A stretch of 64,000 nt of DNA, taken from Leucoraja ocellata (taxonomy: Eukaryota). Location of the stretch: NCBI GenBank assembly GCA_036785375.1, contig JAWMAR010000471.1:992001-1056000 (forward strand), in the 5' to 3' direction. Positions 40,051 through 53,103 of this stretch are shown piece after piece. The notes below the pieces were generated by a model. The model worked only from the letters and a program-made list of their open reading frames with translations, ran no database searches and had not been told where the DNA came from. The position numbers and the translations under genes are program-made. Numbering within the stretch: position 1 is the first letter of the stretch; each line of letters begins with the position of its first letter.

Positions 40051-43000
40051 GTAAGTACCCTAAACCTCTCTTATCCACGGTTGTTCTTGGAAATATTCAG
40101 TTCCCTTTAATATTGGATCACGAGGCATCAATTGCTTTCCAATTGAAACAGATTCTAGTGCCAGAAAATTATGCTAGATGTTACGCTACACGCGAGTCCA
40201 ATGAGAGGATATGTCGGGCTCCCAGGGAGCACAACGTGAATCAGGTTGAAGAATAGCTACTTTCTCAAAACCATCAGGATCGGGAACACCATACTGTGCT
40301 AACCACAGCTGTGACATTCTATGCAGACACAAGTAAATACGGACGCTGACATCGGATTCTGATGTCTAGATTCCAAATTTCGGCTATCAATGTTCTCCTG
40401 AAATGCTGCCTGACCCGCGGAGTTATTCCTACCACCAAACCGCCGGCTTAATTCAAAACACTGCTCCAATTCACCCTCTTGGTCTACAAGTTACTGCAGC
40501 ACTTTGTGTTCATAAACTTTGCATTATTGTCTCTGGTTATACAAAGGATTTGGGTTTTTTTTTGTTGCTCTGGGATTGTGGCCATTAATTGATTCAAATC
40601 GTTTTCGTATTATTATGAGAGGAATGGGGTGATCGTGAATGCGGTATAATTGGAAGAATAGATCGGGTAGATACGCAGAGTCTCTTGTGCAGAGTAGCTG
40701 AGTCGAGGACCGGCGGACGCAGGTTTAATGTGAAGGGGAAGATTTAATAGGATTTCAGCGGTAACGTTTTCACACGGAGGGTGGTGGGTGAACAGAACAA
40801 GTTGCCAGAGTACATAGCTGAGGCTGGCACTATCCCCCTGTTTAAGTATCAGTTAGCCAAGTACATGGACAGGACAGGACAGGTTTTTATGGATTTGGAC
40901 CAAACGCGGGTAGGTGAAACAATATTGCTGTGACATGTTTGCCGGTGTGCAACATGAACCGAAGAGCCTGTTTCCGCTTTATATCGCTCCATGACTCTAT
41001 GACTCGGTTATCTGATAAAGCATATTGCATTTCTAGGCCTGTGTGCATCTACAAGTAAGAATGTCACTGTTCCGTTGTCGGAACAGAATACATTTAATCA
41101 CCCTGTAATCGGTACCTTTCATTCTAACGGGCAATGACTGTTGGCCTTAACAGTTATGTCCACATCCAAAACAAAGACAAAGACCATGAGGCATAGAAGC
41201 AGAGTTAGGCCATTGGCCGGTCGTGGAAATTGAAATCCGCCTTTGGAAGTGAAAACGAAAAGTGCGCGGGTGAAGACTGCGATATGTAGCAAGGGTCAAT
41301 TCAGGGGGAAAGTATCCGAGTTTGGAGCGTGAGGACGAAATGCCGATGTCAATGCTGCTCAAATCTCAATCAGAGTGATCAGATAGAGCAGAACATATCC
41401 TTCTCAAGTCCAGCGTGTGTAGGCTTGGAGTTTGCAAACGCTTCTTATTCGTGACCGAATGACCCCCCGAATAATTCGCATAAACCTCCGTTTGGTAATC
41501 TCCAAAACCACCATATCCTTCCTCAGATACGGGACACAACACTGCTCACGATATTCCAAATGTGATCAAATCAGTGCCTAAAAAACATGTACCATTTACA
41601 TTAGATCCGTGTTTTTATATTCTGGTCATCTCTAAATTAATGCTAACATTTAATTTGTCTCCCTGAACGACGATTCACACTGCAAATCCACATTTTGGAA
41701 TTCCCGCACCTACATACACAAATCCCTTTGTACCTCCATTTCTGAATCCTCTCACATTTAGAAAATAGAAAAGCGCCGTTAATCCTTCCGCCAAAGTGCA
41801 TGCCCGTATAGTGTGGTGTGTAGTATTCCATCTGTCACTTATTTGCCCCCCCCCCCCCCCTTCCAACCTGTTCAAGGAAATTTTCAGACTCCATGCTTAC
41901 TCTACACTACCTGCCCCATCATCTATGTTTGGCATCGTCCACGATATCAGCCGCAAAAGCCATTAATTCCATCATCCAGATCGTAAACATACAACGGGGA
42001 AAGTAGTGAGCCCAACATTGACCCATTAGTCAAAGGCAGCAAGCGGAAAAGGTCACTTTTATTCCAATATTTTGCCCTGCAACGGAAGCCTATCCTCTGT
42101 CCAGGCTGATACCTCATCTCTAACACCAATACTCCAATTTTAATTATCCACTTCGCGTCCGGCACCAAGAAAACTGCATTTCTGACTTTCCTTTGTTTAC
42201 CCTGCTAGTTACTTTCATCAAACAATTTCAACAGATTTGTGGGGCAAGAACACCCCCCTCCCCCCCCCCCCCCCTTTGACTAGTTCTCGCCGACTTCGTA
42301 GATTTTATCTTGTGCTTCCAGATACCACTGACCCGCATTTTTAATAATCGTTTCAAAAATCTTATCAACTATTGAAGTCATGCTAACCGCCTTATCATTA
42401 CAACTGGCTTATCAATTTATCCCATAAAATCTATGGGATTGATCCTCGCCCGCTGTAAGCGAAAGCCTGGGAAACAATCTATTTCTTACTCCAGGAAACA
42501 GAGGGAGGTTGGCGGGAGAGTAGATGGTCTGTGAGTGAAGCTGAACCCTCTGAAAACATTCCACTAACTGAAATCAAACGACAGCTGGCAGACCTGTTGA
42601 AACGGTTGGCTGGAGGCGGAAATATGAACCGCAAGCAGCAAAAAGCGGGCGACCAAGATTGAAAACCATAACTGTTCTTCAATTAAATGAAAGTAAAATG
42701 TAGAAGGACGTGGCCCAGTGAAGCAAAAAAAAAAACACAACTCTTGATACATAGAGGGCAAAGCATTTATCCCGGGTTGTGTAAATTCCACTTAAAATAT
42801 GACCTTCCAGTTGTTAATCACAGAAGGATGTGGAGGCCAAGTCAGGGGGAAAATAAGGCAGCGATAGATAGAGTTTTGATTAGTCGAGGCGTCAGAGGTT
42901 TTGACATTGCGGAGAAGGCAGAAGATTGCGGTTCGGAGGGAGACATAGTTCAGCCATTATTGAATGGCTGGGTGGGCCTGATGGGCCGAATGGCCTAATT

Positions 43001-43325
43001 ACACTACTATCACATGACCTTATGACCTTATGCCTTAAATGCCAAAACATCTCTGTTGAACCTTGACTATATCCAGGAAGGGATACACTTCAGTCAAGCT
43101 GTGGGGAGAATGACTAGTTCTATTGTTTTAACGCCAAGAACCAATTACAAAATGTTAGAGAACCGACAAAGGTAATTTGTCTCATTCACCGGATCCCGAC
43201 TCACTGAATCAGCTCCACTATTATTCCGTGCTCGCTTTGATTGTTCCCACAGCCTGGAATATTTCCAATTTCACTTTCATAATCAGAGTTTGACCTCGCG
43301 GATATTCGTCAGTGATGTTCTCCAC

Positions 43326-43700
43326 GGTGGCACAACGGTAACGGTGGAGGTGCTGCCTAACAGCGCGTTTAGCACTAGAGACCCGAGTCCGGTCCAGACT
43401 CCGGGTGTTGTTGGTACGGAGTTTGTATGTTCTCCCCATAATCTGTGTGGGTTTCTCCGAGATCTAGGGTTTCTTCCCACACTCCAAATACGGACAGTTT
43501 TGAAGGGTTATTGGCGCTCTATAAATGTAAATATTCCATCGTGTGTGTAGGATAGTGTTAATGTGCGGGGATTGCAGGGCGGCGCGGACTTGGTGGGCCA
43601 GAGGACCCTTTTCCGCGCTGTGTCCCTAAACTAAACTAAACTGAACTAAACTGAACTAATGTAAACTAAACCAAACTCTACTAAAGTAAACTAACCTAAT
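43326..43700 (+). mobile_element. tRNA-derived SINE (HE1/V-SINE-like) with (CTAAA)n tail; paralog 56360-56693, 3' remnant 30425-30540
   Basis: tRNA-like head, GTTTGTATGTTCTCCCC..GGGTTTCTCCG core, CR1-like 3' end. Confidence 0.6.
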
Positions 43701-43873
43701 CGAAATTAAATCTCCACTCGTCGAGGGAACAATTAAAGGATCCATAAATAACGTTTCCATATATTTTGCAAAAATGTGATGAATTACCGGAGACGGTAAC
43801 TAGTTTCTGTGTGTGTCACAGTCTCCAACAGTCAATGTTAAAACAATAACTATTCCCCTGTTATTTTCCGCAG

Positions 43874-44179
43874 ATTCCATTTCCGCGGGTTCCCAGAGTC
43901 CGCTTCAACAATCCTCTATTTCTGGTGACACTGCCACCCTTAACTGCGTATATTCCGTAATCTGCTCGTACACAGTACACTGGTACCGACAGTTCCCAGG
44001 GCAGGCTCTGGAATTCCTGCTCCAAAGACACACTTCAGGAAAGCAAGATGAGGAAGAGGCTGCCCAAGGTCGTATTTCTGGTTCTCTCGATCCTGCCCAG
44101 AAAATCAGTCACTTAACGCTCTCTGAAGTTCTGCCGAGCGACGGGGCTGTGTATTACTGTGGGATGAGTCCGCGCATCG
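43874..44179 (+). CDS. Leaderless supporting TCR-delta-like V (unit C)
   Basis: Paralog of 30714-31019; VICSY CDR1 Cys; phase-1 acceptor. Confidence 0.85.
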
Positions 44180-44218
44180 CACAGTGGCACAGCGCAGTGA
44201 GATAGCTGTACCAAAACC
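44180..44218 (+). other. 23-RSS 3' of supporting V-C
   Basis: CACAGTG-23-ACCAAAACC. Confidence 0.9.
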
Positions 44219-47200
44219 TCAGCGTTGCGGAATACAGGCACACAGCCCTGCAGAACATCTGGGGCGCTAACCGAGAACCTCAGTGTAGTATGGATTGTTT
44301 ACACGTTGCCACGGAAGGAAAGAAAGAAAACATTACAAAGATAAATTATGTTGAAACTTACAGANNNNNNNNNNNNNNNNNNNNNNNNNNNNNNNNNNNN
44401 NNNNNNNNNNNNNNNNNNNNNNNNNNNNNNNNNNNNNNNNNNNNNNNNNNNNNNNNNNNNNNNNNNNNNNNNNNNNNNNNNNNNNNNNNNNNNNNNNNNN
44501 NNNNNNNNNNNNNNNNNNNNNNNNNNNNNNNNNNNCCTGAACGGAAATCGAATTCGGACCCCTGGAGCATGAGGGAAACTGGCTTAATTATTGTGCCTTA
44601 ATCTACGTAACTCATCCTGGCCATGGAAGGGGAGAGAGAAGGGGAGAGAAAACTGGAGAGAGAAGGGGAGTGGTTAGGGGGTAGAGAAGGGGAAAGGAGT
44701 GGAGACAGTTTTAAATTTAACGAGACCAAGTGCAGACCAGTTGGTTCTGGTCCCCGAACGTCCCCAATAAGTGGGTTTCCTGGTTTCCTAAGTGGTGCAG
44801 GGGCTTTAACATTCATAGCAAAAGGATTTGAATATAGGAGCAGGGAAGTTCGACTGCAGTTACACACGGTCTTGATGAGACCACAGCTGGATTGTTGCGT
44901 AGAGTTTTGGTCTCCAAATCTGAGGAAAGACATTCTTGCCATGGAGGGAGCACAGAGCAGGTTCACCAGACTGATTCCTGGGATGTCAGGACTTTCATAT
45001 GAAGAAAGACTGGATAGACTCGGAGTGTACTCGCTAGAATTTAGAAGATTGAGGGAGGATCTTATAGAAACTTACAAAATTGTTAAGAGGTTAGACAGGC
45101 TAGATGCAGGAAGATTATTCCCGATGTTGTGGAAGTCCAGAACAAGGGGTCACAGTTTAAGGATTAGGGGAAATCTTTTAGGACCGAGATGAGAAAAACG
45201 TTTTTCACAGAAAGAGTGGTGAATCTTTGTAATTCTCTGCCACAGAAGGTAGTTGAGGCCATTTCCTTGGCTATATTTAAGTGGGTGTTAGATGTAGCCT
45301 TATGGCTAAAGGGATGGAGAGAAGGCAGGAACAGGATACCGAGTTGAATGATCAGTCATGATCATATTGAATGGCGGTGCAGGCTCTAAGGGCCGAATGG
45401 CATACTCGTGCACCTATTTTCTATGTTTCTATGTTTCTCTGAGAGACATAAGCTCCGGTGATATACATGCGATCGACACGGGAACCACCCCCTCAGACCT
45501 GCGCAAGAAAGCGTTGGAATCAGCGTGGAGCTGAAAGAAAAACATTAAAGATTCATACAAGAAATTTTCACTTTTATTTAGCTGGATAGAAACTTCCAAA
45601 TTTGTTTCACGAGAGATCAGCAAATTTTAAAAAATCCCACGTAGTAAGGCTTTGTAGAGTTAATCGGGAGAATCATCAATATTGTTATGGGGCATACAAT
45701 ATACTTTCAATGGAGACAACAGCGGAGAAGGTAAGATTTTAGCAACTGAATTCAAGCCATTTGGACTAAGGAGCCTGCTGCATTCAAAGAAACACACGAG
45801 TAGGAAAATGGACAATGGTCTTCGTTACGATTATCCCTACTAAATGGCGAGAAATATGGTTCAAAATTTTCCCCACCACACAGAATAATTCCGCTCACAT
45901 TTACATGTCACGGAATGCGCGAATAAAGATGTCCCCGTGAGGGGATGCTGCATGATAATGTTGGCAAAGTTGACATATGGACACCTGGAGGAGTTTAGTA
46001 TCCTTTAATATATTAGACATTGGTTTGTGAACGACAGAGTGCACGAGCAATGTTTATTTTAGAACACGATAACGCCATTTTAATTCATAAATGGCAGAAT
46101 ATTTTATTTTCTTCACAGTTTGCGAGGGAAGAGGAGAAATAGGTAGATACAAAGTTAACCCCCCCCCCACCAGCCCCAATTTTGTAGTATCAGGGGAACA
46201 TTATGCGGCTTGCCGCCTCTTGAGTGCAAATGAACAGCAGGCAGTATCTCTCCAGGAAAACGATAGATGACGTTTCTGGTCAGGATCCTTCTTCCGTCTG
46301 CAAGTAGGGCGAGGCCACTGGATGCAAGAGTAGGCCAGAACGAGGCAGGGAAGGCAACACGTGACTAGGACATGAAGGAGCCCATAATGGCCCATCGTTG
46401 GCTGTGGAATAAGTGGTCACACACAACTACAAAGATGCGAGCAGTACAACTAGTGTGATGACTATGTTGGGGGAGAGGGTGAGAGAAAGGGAGTCAAGCG
46501 ACCTACGAGATGCTGCTCGTTCATTTTGTGCGTGGCCTCGCTCTAGCAGTTGAGGAGTACAACGACAGAATGGTTTATATGGGAATGGGTAGAGGTGTTA
46601 AAATGTTTGCCCACCTGGGAACGTAAAGGCCAATGTGGAAATTGATTTATTACCGTACATGGGAGCCACAGAGTCACAGAGTCACAGAGTGATACAGTGT
46701 GGTATCAGGACCTTCGGCCCAACTCGCCCACACCGGCCAACAATATCCCAGACACACCAGTCCCACTTGCATGCGCTTGGTCCATATCCCTCGAAATCTC
46801 TCCTATCCAGGTAACTTTCTAACTGCTGCTTAAACGACGGGATAGTCCCAGGCACAACTACCTCTTGTCGCAGCTTGTTCCGTACACCCACCATCCTTTG
46901 TATGAAAATGTTTCCCCACCGAATCCTCTTAAATATGTTTCCCTTCTCCTTGATCCTATGTCCTCTGGTCGTAGATTCACTGGGCAAACGACTCTGTGCA
47001 TCTAACCGATATATTCATCTCACGATTTTGTATTTCTGGCACTCCTCACCTATAGCTCTACATTGGATAGAAGTTTTCCGTATACAGAAGGTATTTTAAT
47101 CACGGTATCTGTATGAAACTTTGCACAATCCACATCATCCGCTGCTAAAACAGCAGATTCTCTTGAAACCGAAAACCTCGTCAATGAGCAATTTTTAACG

Positions 47201-47636
47201 TTTTTTTTAATGATAAAAGGAATTCATCAAACAACACGTTGCACCTATTCAACTGAAAATATTCACTCGTTTTGAAAACAATATGTTCCAGGCTTATGTA
47301 TACATATTCGTGAACACACAGAAGTTGGATGATTGAACGGGGCACATGGGAATACGTACACGAGTTGAGACTCAGTTGAGCCCATGAACCCCCGAAACCG
47401 TTGGGCGTGTCCGACAGGGCGAATGGACATAAAATGCTGTATTTCCATATTTTATTTTTATTTTTTATTTAACCTTTTTTTAACCAGGAGAAGTCTCATT
47501 GAGATTAAAAATCTCTTTTACAAGAGAGTCCTGGCCAAGACAGACAGCAGCACAGTTCCACAGTTCCACAGTTCCACATATAAACCATACAGCAAAGCAA
47601 CGCATGAAGACCAGCTGGTCACTCGTGTGTGTTATA

Positions 47637-48893
47637 TTATTTTAACTCACACTTTACCGATTTAAATATCTTTCCAGTGCAAATGATCGGATATTTTAGA
47701 ACACGAAACAGCTCCTCTCTGAACTTGCTCTGGGTCACTGTGTAAATGGCCGTGTTGGTGCAGGAGCTCAGCAGCTGAAGCATCAATCCAACCCTTTCCA
47801 ATCCACCCAAGGGGTTTCCCCAGGCCTTGTGCATAAACACATTCAAACATCGAACCGCAATAAAGTGTGCAACACTTGTGGCCCAGAGCAGTATGAAGCA
47901 GCTCGAGATTGCCAGAAGTAAAACGACCGACCGTCTGCGGTTCAACATCTCCTGGTCTTTCTTTTTCTCGCCACCGCTGAGGTCCCGGAGGTTCCTGCGG
48001 ACCCGACTGGCCACGAAAATACGTCTGACGGTGAGCGCGTTAAACAACAAAATCAGGCAGAATGGAATCACCGGAGTGAACAACTGTTCGGCCCAAGAGA
48101 ACACTATCCATTCGGGATCAACGAAGAAATATATGAATTTCAGGCAGCCCACTTCTCCAGCGGCACCGTAAAAAGAAGTGTATGCAAAGGGCAAGGGTAG
48201 ATTTTTGAGGCAGATGAGCGGGCTCACGGTCAGGATAACAATCGTCGCGGTTCTCTCGGTACAATATTTGGTTTTCATTCTCTGAGTAGAAATCGCAACA
48301 AAGCGATCAAAGGTGAAAGCGACTGTGAACCACACAGAACAATTCACAGAGACTGATGCCAGGTAGATTGTCATTTTACACACAGGAGTGTAGGGCACGG
48401 AGGCATGCCACCAATGCATATCAGCAATCCGGTGAAATATCACCTCACAGAGAATCACGGAGAGGTCCGCGGTCGCCATGGCTACCATGTAACGAGTGAT
48501 GCACTTGGAGAGGCCGCACTTGCCACGGGACAGGATCACAATCGCCATCAGATTCACTGAGAAAGAATGAAACGAGAAACGGATTAATTTTGAGGTGTAC
48601 AGGTTGGTGGGTGGGAGCAGACGGGGAAAACCGAAGATTTCGGGGAAACCCCAAAAGGATACGGGGAGCAGTACAATCTCCGTACAGCCAAGCGCTGTAA
48701 GACAGTTACTCTAGCGCTGTACCAGCGTGCCGCCCGAACCCCGCTGGGCTATTCGCTATGTCCTCTTAACCTTTAATATTCAGGGCTTTTCAAACATGAG
48801 ATGCGCCGACAATTACCTACCAGGTATACCGATTGCTGCCAGAATCGGATAATACACACTTCCAAATTTTACCTCGATCGGAATACCGTGCAT
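47637..48893 (-). CDS. GPR139-like GPCR copy D, intact, ~330 aa; exon 1 48821-48893, exon 2 47637-48556
   Basis: 73-nt exon 1 MHGIPIEVKFGSVYYPILAAIGIP in phase with the 306-aa ORF. Confidence 0.9.
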
Positions 48894-51800
48894 TTTAATA
48901 CGGGGATCCAGCCGATCACTCCTTGTGCTGCAGCTCAGCGGTTGTCAGCCAAGCAAACAAATATCTGCCATATTTATAATGTAAATGAAGGGAAAAACAG
49001 GCAACGAGATTACATCCCTGTGGACATTACTTACACACTTTTGAACAAACATCTACGGTTTTGCATGTAATACTCAAAATCACCTTGTTCTTAAACTGTG
49101 CCCCCCCCCCCCCCCCCCCCCGGCTCTGCACTCCCCAACATCGGGAACATGGTTCGCGATTCTAGCGTGTCCAAACCCTTAATAATCTGAAGAAGGCTTT
49201 CGGCCCGAAACGTTGCCTATTTCCTTCGCTCCATAGATGCTGCTGCACCCGCTGAGTTTCTCCAGCTTTTTTGTGAAACCCTTGATAATCATATATGTTT
49301 AAATACGATCCCCTCTCATTCTTCTAAATTCCAGAGTATACAAGATCAGCCGCTCCATTCTCTCAGCATGTAACAGCCACACCATCCCGGGAATTAACCT
49401 TGTGAACCTACGCTGCATTCCCTCAGTAGCAAGAATATTGGACCGGCTAGATGCAGGAAAATGTTCCGGATATTGAGAGAGTCCAGAAACAGAGGTCCCA
49501 GTTTAAGAATAAGCGGTAGGCCATTTAGAAACATAGAAACAGAAAATTCGATGCTAGAGTAGGCCATTCGGTCCTTCGAGCCAGAACCGCCATTCAATGT
49601 CTTCATGGCTGAACATCTAAAATCAGTACCTCGTTCCTGTTTGTACCCCATATCCCTTGATTCCTTTAGTCCCAAGAGCTAAATCTAACGTTCTCTTGCA
49701 ACGTCCGGTGAAAATTCATCCACTCTATTCTGTGCCTGAGAATTCCACAGATTTACAACTCTCTGGGTGAAAGAGACGTACCCTCATCTCAGTCCTAAAT
49801 GGCCTATCCGTATTCTTAAACATTGAACCCTTATTCTCGACTCCACCAACATCGAGAACATGTTTCCTGCATATTGCCTTGCCAACCCTTTAAGAATTGT
49901 ATATGTTTCTTTAACATACCCTCTCATCCTTCCAAATGCCAGTGAATACAAGCACACTCAACCCATTCTTTCATCATATGTCAGTCCCGCCATCGCGGGA
50001 ATTAACCTGGAGAACCGATGTTGCACTTCCTCAATAGTCCTTCCACAAATTAGGAGGCCAAAATCATTGACAAATGCGGCCTCACAAGGGCCCAAAACAA
50101 CTTAGGACTGACCCAGAGAGTTGTAAATCTGTGGAATGTTCTACCACAGAAGGCCGTGGAGTCCAATTCACTGGAATATTTCACAAGAGAGTTAGATTTA
50201 GCTCTTCGGGCTAAACGAAACAAGGGATATGGGGAGAAAGCAGGAACGGGGTACTGATTTTAAATAGAAACATCGAAACATAGAAATATAGGTGCAGGGA
50301 GAGACTATAAGGCCCTTCCAGTCAGCACCGCCACGATCATAGCTGCTCATCCACAAACAAATACCCGTGCCTTTCTTCTCCCCATGCCCCTGCATCCCGC
50401 TAGCCCCAAGACCTCTAGCTGTCTTTTAATTTCATCCAGTGAATTGGCCTCCATTGTCTTCTGTGGCAGAGATTTCCACAAATTGACAACTCTCTTGGTG
50501 AAAGAGATAATTCTCATCTCAGTTTTAAATGTCCTCCCCTTTCTTCCAGGACTTTGGCCCCTGGTCTGTGCTCCCCCAGCATTGGGAACATTTTTCCTGC
50601 ATCTAGCTTGTCCAGTACTTTTATAATTTTATATGTTTCTATAAGATATTCCCCTCATCCTGCTGAATTCGAATGAATACATGCCCAGTCTTTCTCATAT
50701 TCCTCAAATGACAGACCTGCCATACCTGGGATTAACCTTGTAAACTCCCTCAATAGCAAGGAAGTCCTTCCCTTAATTAGGAGACATAAACTGCACACAA
50801 TATTCAAAATGTTGTCTCGCCAATGCCGTGTACAACTGCAGAAGGACCTCCTTACTCGTGTACTCAAATCCGTTCATTATGAAGGCCAACATGCCATTAC
50901 ATTTATTTACTACCTGCTGTAGAACACCCAGGTCACGTTCCACTTCCCATTTTCCCCAATTGAAACCATTGAGATAATAATCTACCTCGATGTTCTTGTC
51001 GTCAAAGTGGATAATCTCGCATTTACCTGCATTATACGGTATCTGCCATGTATCTGCCCACTCACTCAACCTATCCAAGTCACCCCGCAACGACCTGACA
51101 TCCTTTCCGCAGTTCAAACTGTCACCCAGCTTTGTGTCATCTGCAAATTTGCTCGTGTTACTTTTAATTCCATAATCTAAATCATTAATATATATTGTCA
51201 ATAGTTACGGCCCCTGCACCGAGCCTAGCGGCACTGCACTCGCCACTGCCTGCCATTCTAACAGGGACCTTCTTGTTCCATTTTACTTGTCACATTCTCA
51301 AACATTCCAGATCGGAGTCAAGCAGGATTTCACTTCCATAACTCCATGCTGACTTGGACTAATCATTTTACCGCTATCCAAATGCGCCGTTGTTACTTTA
51401 AAAATTGACTCTGGCATCTTCCCCAGTTCCGATATCAGGCTAACTGGTCTCTAATTTCCCTTTTCTCTCTCCCTCCTTTCTTGAAAAGTGGGGTAACATT
51501 AGCTCCCCTCCAATCCACAGGAACTCATCCTGAAGCTATAGAACATTGGAAATGATCAAAAAAAACGTCCACGATTTCTAGAGCCACTTCCTTGAGTAGT
51601 TGTGATGCAAACCATCACACCCTGGGTATTTAGCAGGCTACAGTCCCATCAGTTTACCCAATGCTATTTCTTGCCCAATGCAAATGTATTGCAGTTCCTC
51701 TTTCCCCAGAGACCCTCTGTCCTCTAGTACACCTGGGAGATTGTTGTGTCTTCCCTAGCGAAGATAGAACCAAAGTACCTATTCAAATCTTCTGCCATTT

Positions 51801-52150
51801 CCTTGTTCCCATAATTATTTCACCTGTTCTGCCTTCTATGGACTGACATCTGCCTGAATGGTTCAGATGGTCTACTGAACGTCAGAGAAACGTCAAAGCC
51901 ACGTCAGATGTTTCACATCAGATTCCGGGCCACCAAACAAATCAGCAGGTTTAACGGACCCCGTCTCTAACTCTCCGTCTATTCGCACATCGATTGGGAT
52001 TTTTTCAAAACTCCCCAGGACAACGCACTCACCGAAACGAACAGACCAGCTGTTGCTCCAACTCAGTTCTCCGGGATAGGCTGCAGGATCTGTCCGGCGA
52101 CCTGGGATCCAGCCACTCGTCAAGTAAACCATTTATCCGGAGAAGGCGCG

Positions 52151-52193
52151 ATGGGAATCCTCCTGTTGTTTGTGCTGTCACTCTGCTTACGCC
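52151..52193 (+). CDS. Leader exon of NAR-TCR V (unit D)
   Basis: MGILLLFVLSLCLR with GTGAGT donor. Confidence 0.85.
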
Positions 52194-52346
52194 GTGAGTA
52201 CCGGTCCCCTACTCCCACACAGTGCGGGTTTTACATAAAACAACTCGAGTCCACTCCGACCTGAATTTCAAACGCTGCCCGTGATGTATCCTTCTGCCAT
52301 GGTTCGCCTGGAATTCCCACTCACCTCTCCCTGTGTTAATCCACAG

Positions 52347-52638
52347 ATTCCGTCAGTCAGTCAGTGACCCAGATCCCGAATGCGGTGACTGGAAAAGAGT
52401 GTCAGCCCGTCACCATCACCTGCCTTTTCCAAGAAGGTTCCATTGGCAGCTACGTATTTAATGAAGGACATTTCGTCAAGCAAGCACAACCCGGTGCTAC
52501 ACGGCAGCGAATCACAACAGGTGGACGGATCGTTGTGTCGAACAATAAAGTGGAAAAGACATTTACGTTGAAAATTCTTGGTTTGAGAGTTGAGGACATG
52601 GACACATATTACTGTCGAGCTGAGTACAAGTGGAGGAG
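52347..52638 (+). CDS. NAR-TCR-type V exon, unjoined (unit D)
   Basis: Paralog of V-C with an open frame. Confidence 0.88.
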
Positions 52639-52676
52639 CACAGTGATGGGCCTGCGCTTCGCGCAGCACAAAAACA
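52639..52676 (+). other. 22-RSS 3' of V-D
   Basis: CACAGTG-22-ACAAAAACA. Confidence 0.9.
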
Positions 52677-52999
52677 CTCACTGCACATTCTGCTAGCAAC
52701 GTGAAGACGGGAGGTGAACCCACCGGGTAAACCCACGGGCCCGCTTTGTCCCGCCTGCCCTGCATTCTGGGTTACACCGGATGAAATGCGTGCGATTCAA
52801 ACAATGGGTTTTCTCCATTTGGCGAATGTGGCCTAATGCTCCCTTTACCGAAAATGGTGTAAACGAGCTGCCAACGAGAATGACTGACCACTCGTCTGAT
52901 GCAAAACTCCAGACGGGATCCCAGTTACGGAAACTGCAATCTGAAAAATGCATTCGCTGAACGTTAATCTCCTGCCCGCCCGTCTCACCGGGCGCCTGG

Positions 53000-53027
53000 G
53001 GATTTGAAAGTGACGTGTGACAACGTG
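53000..53027 (+). other. Degenerate 12-RSS 5' of DJ-D
   Basis: GGATTTGAA-12-CAACGTG. Confidence 0.55.
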
Positions 53028-53103
53028 TGGCCGTTGGGACAGCGTGACTATTGGGGCATTTACTATCAGGATGGGACGGGGACTACGGTGACTGTCACAG
53101 CCG
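53028..53103 (+). CDS. Germline DJ-joined segment (unit D)
   Basis: Identical to DJ-C. Confidence 0.8.

Larger units (their letters stand above)
31471..44364. repeat. Segmental duplication unit C (paralog of D, period ~13.07 kb)
   Basis: Colinear with 44536-56693 (GPCR stops at 34556 and 47637). Confidence 0.9.
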
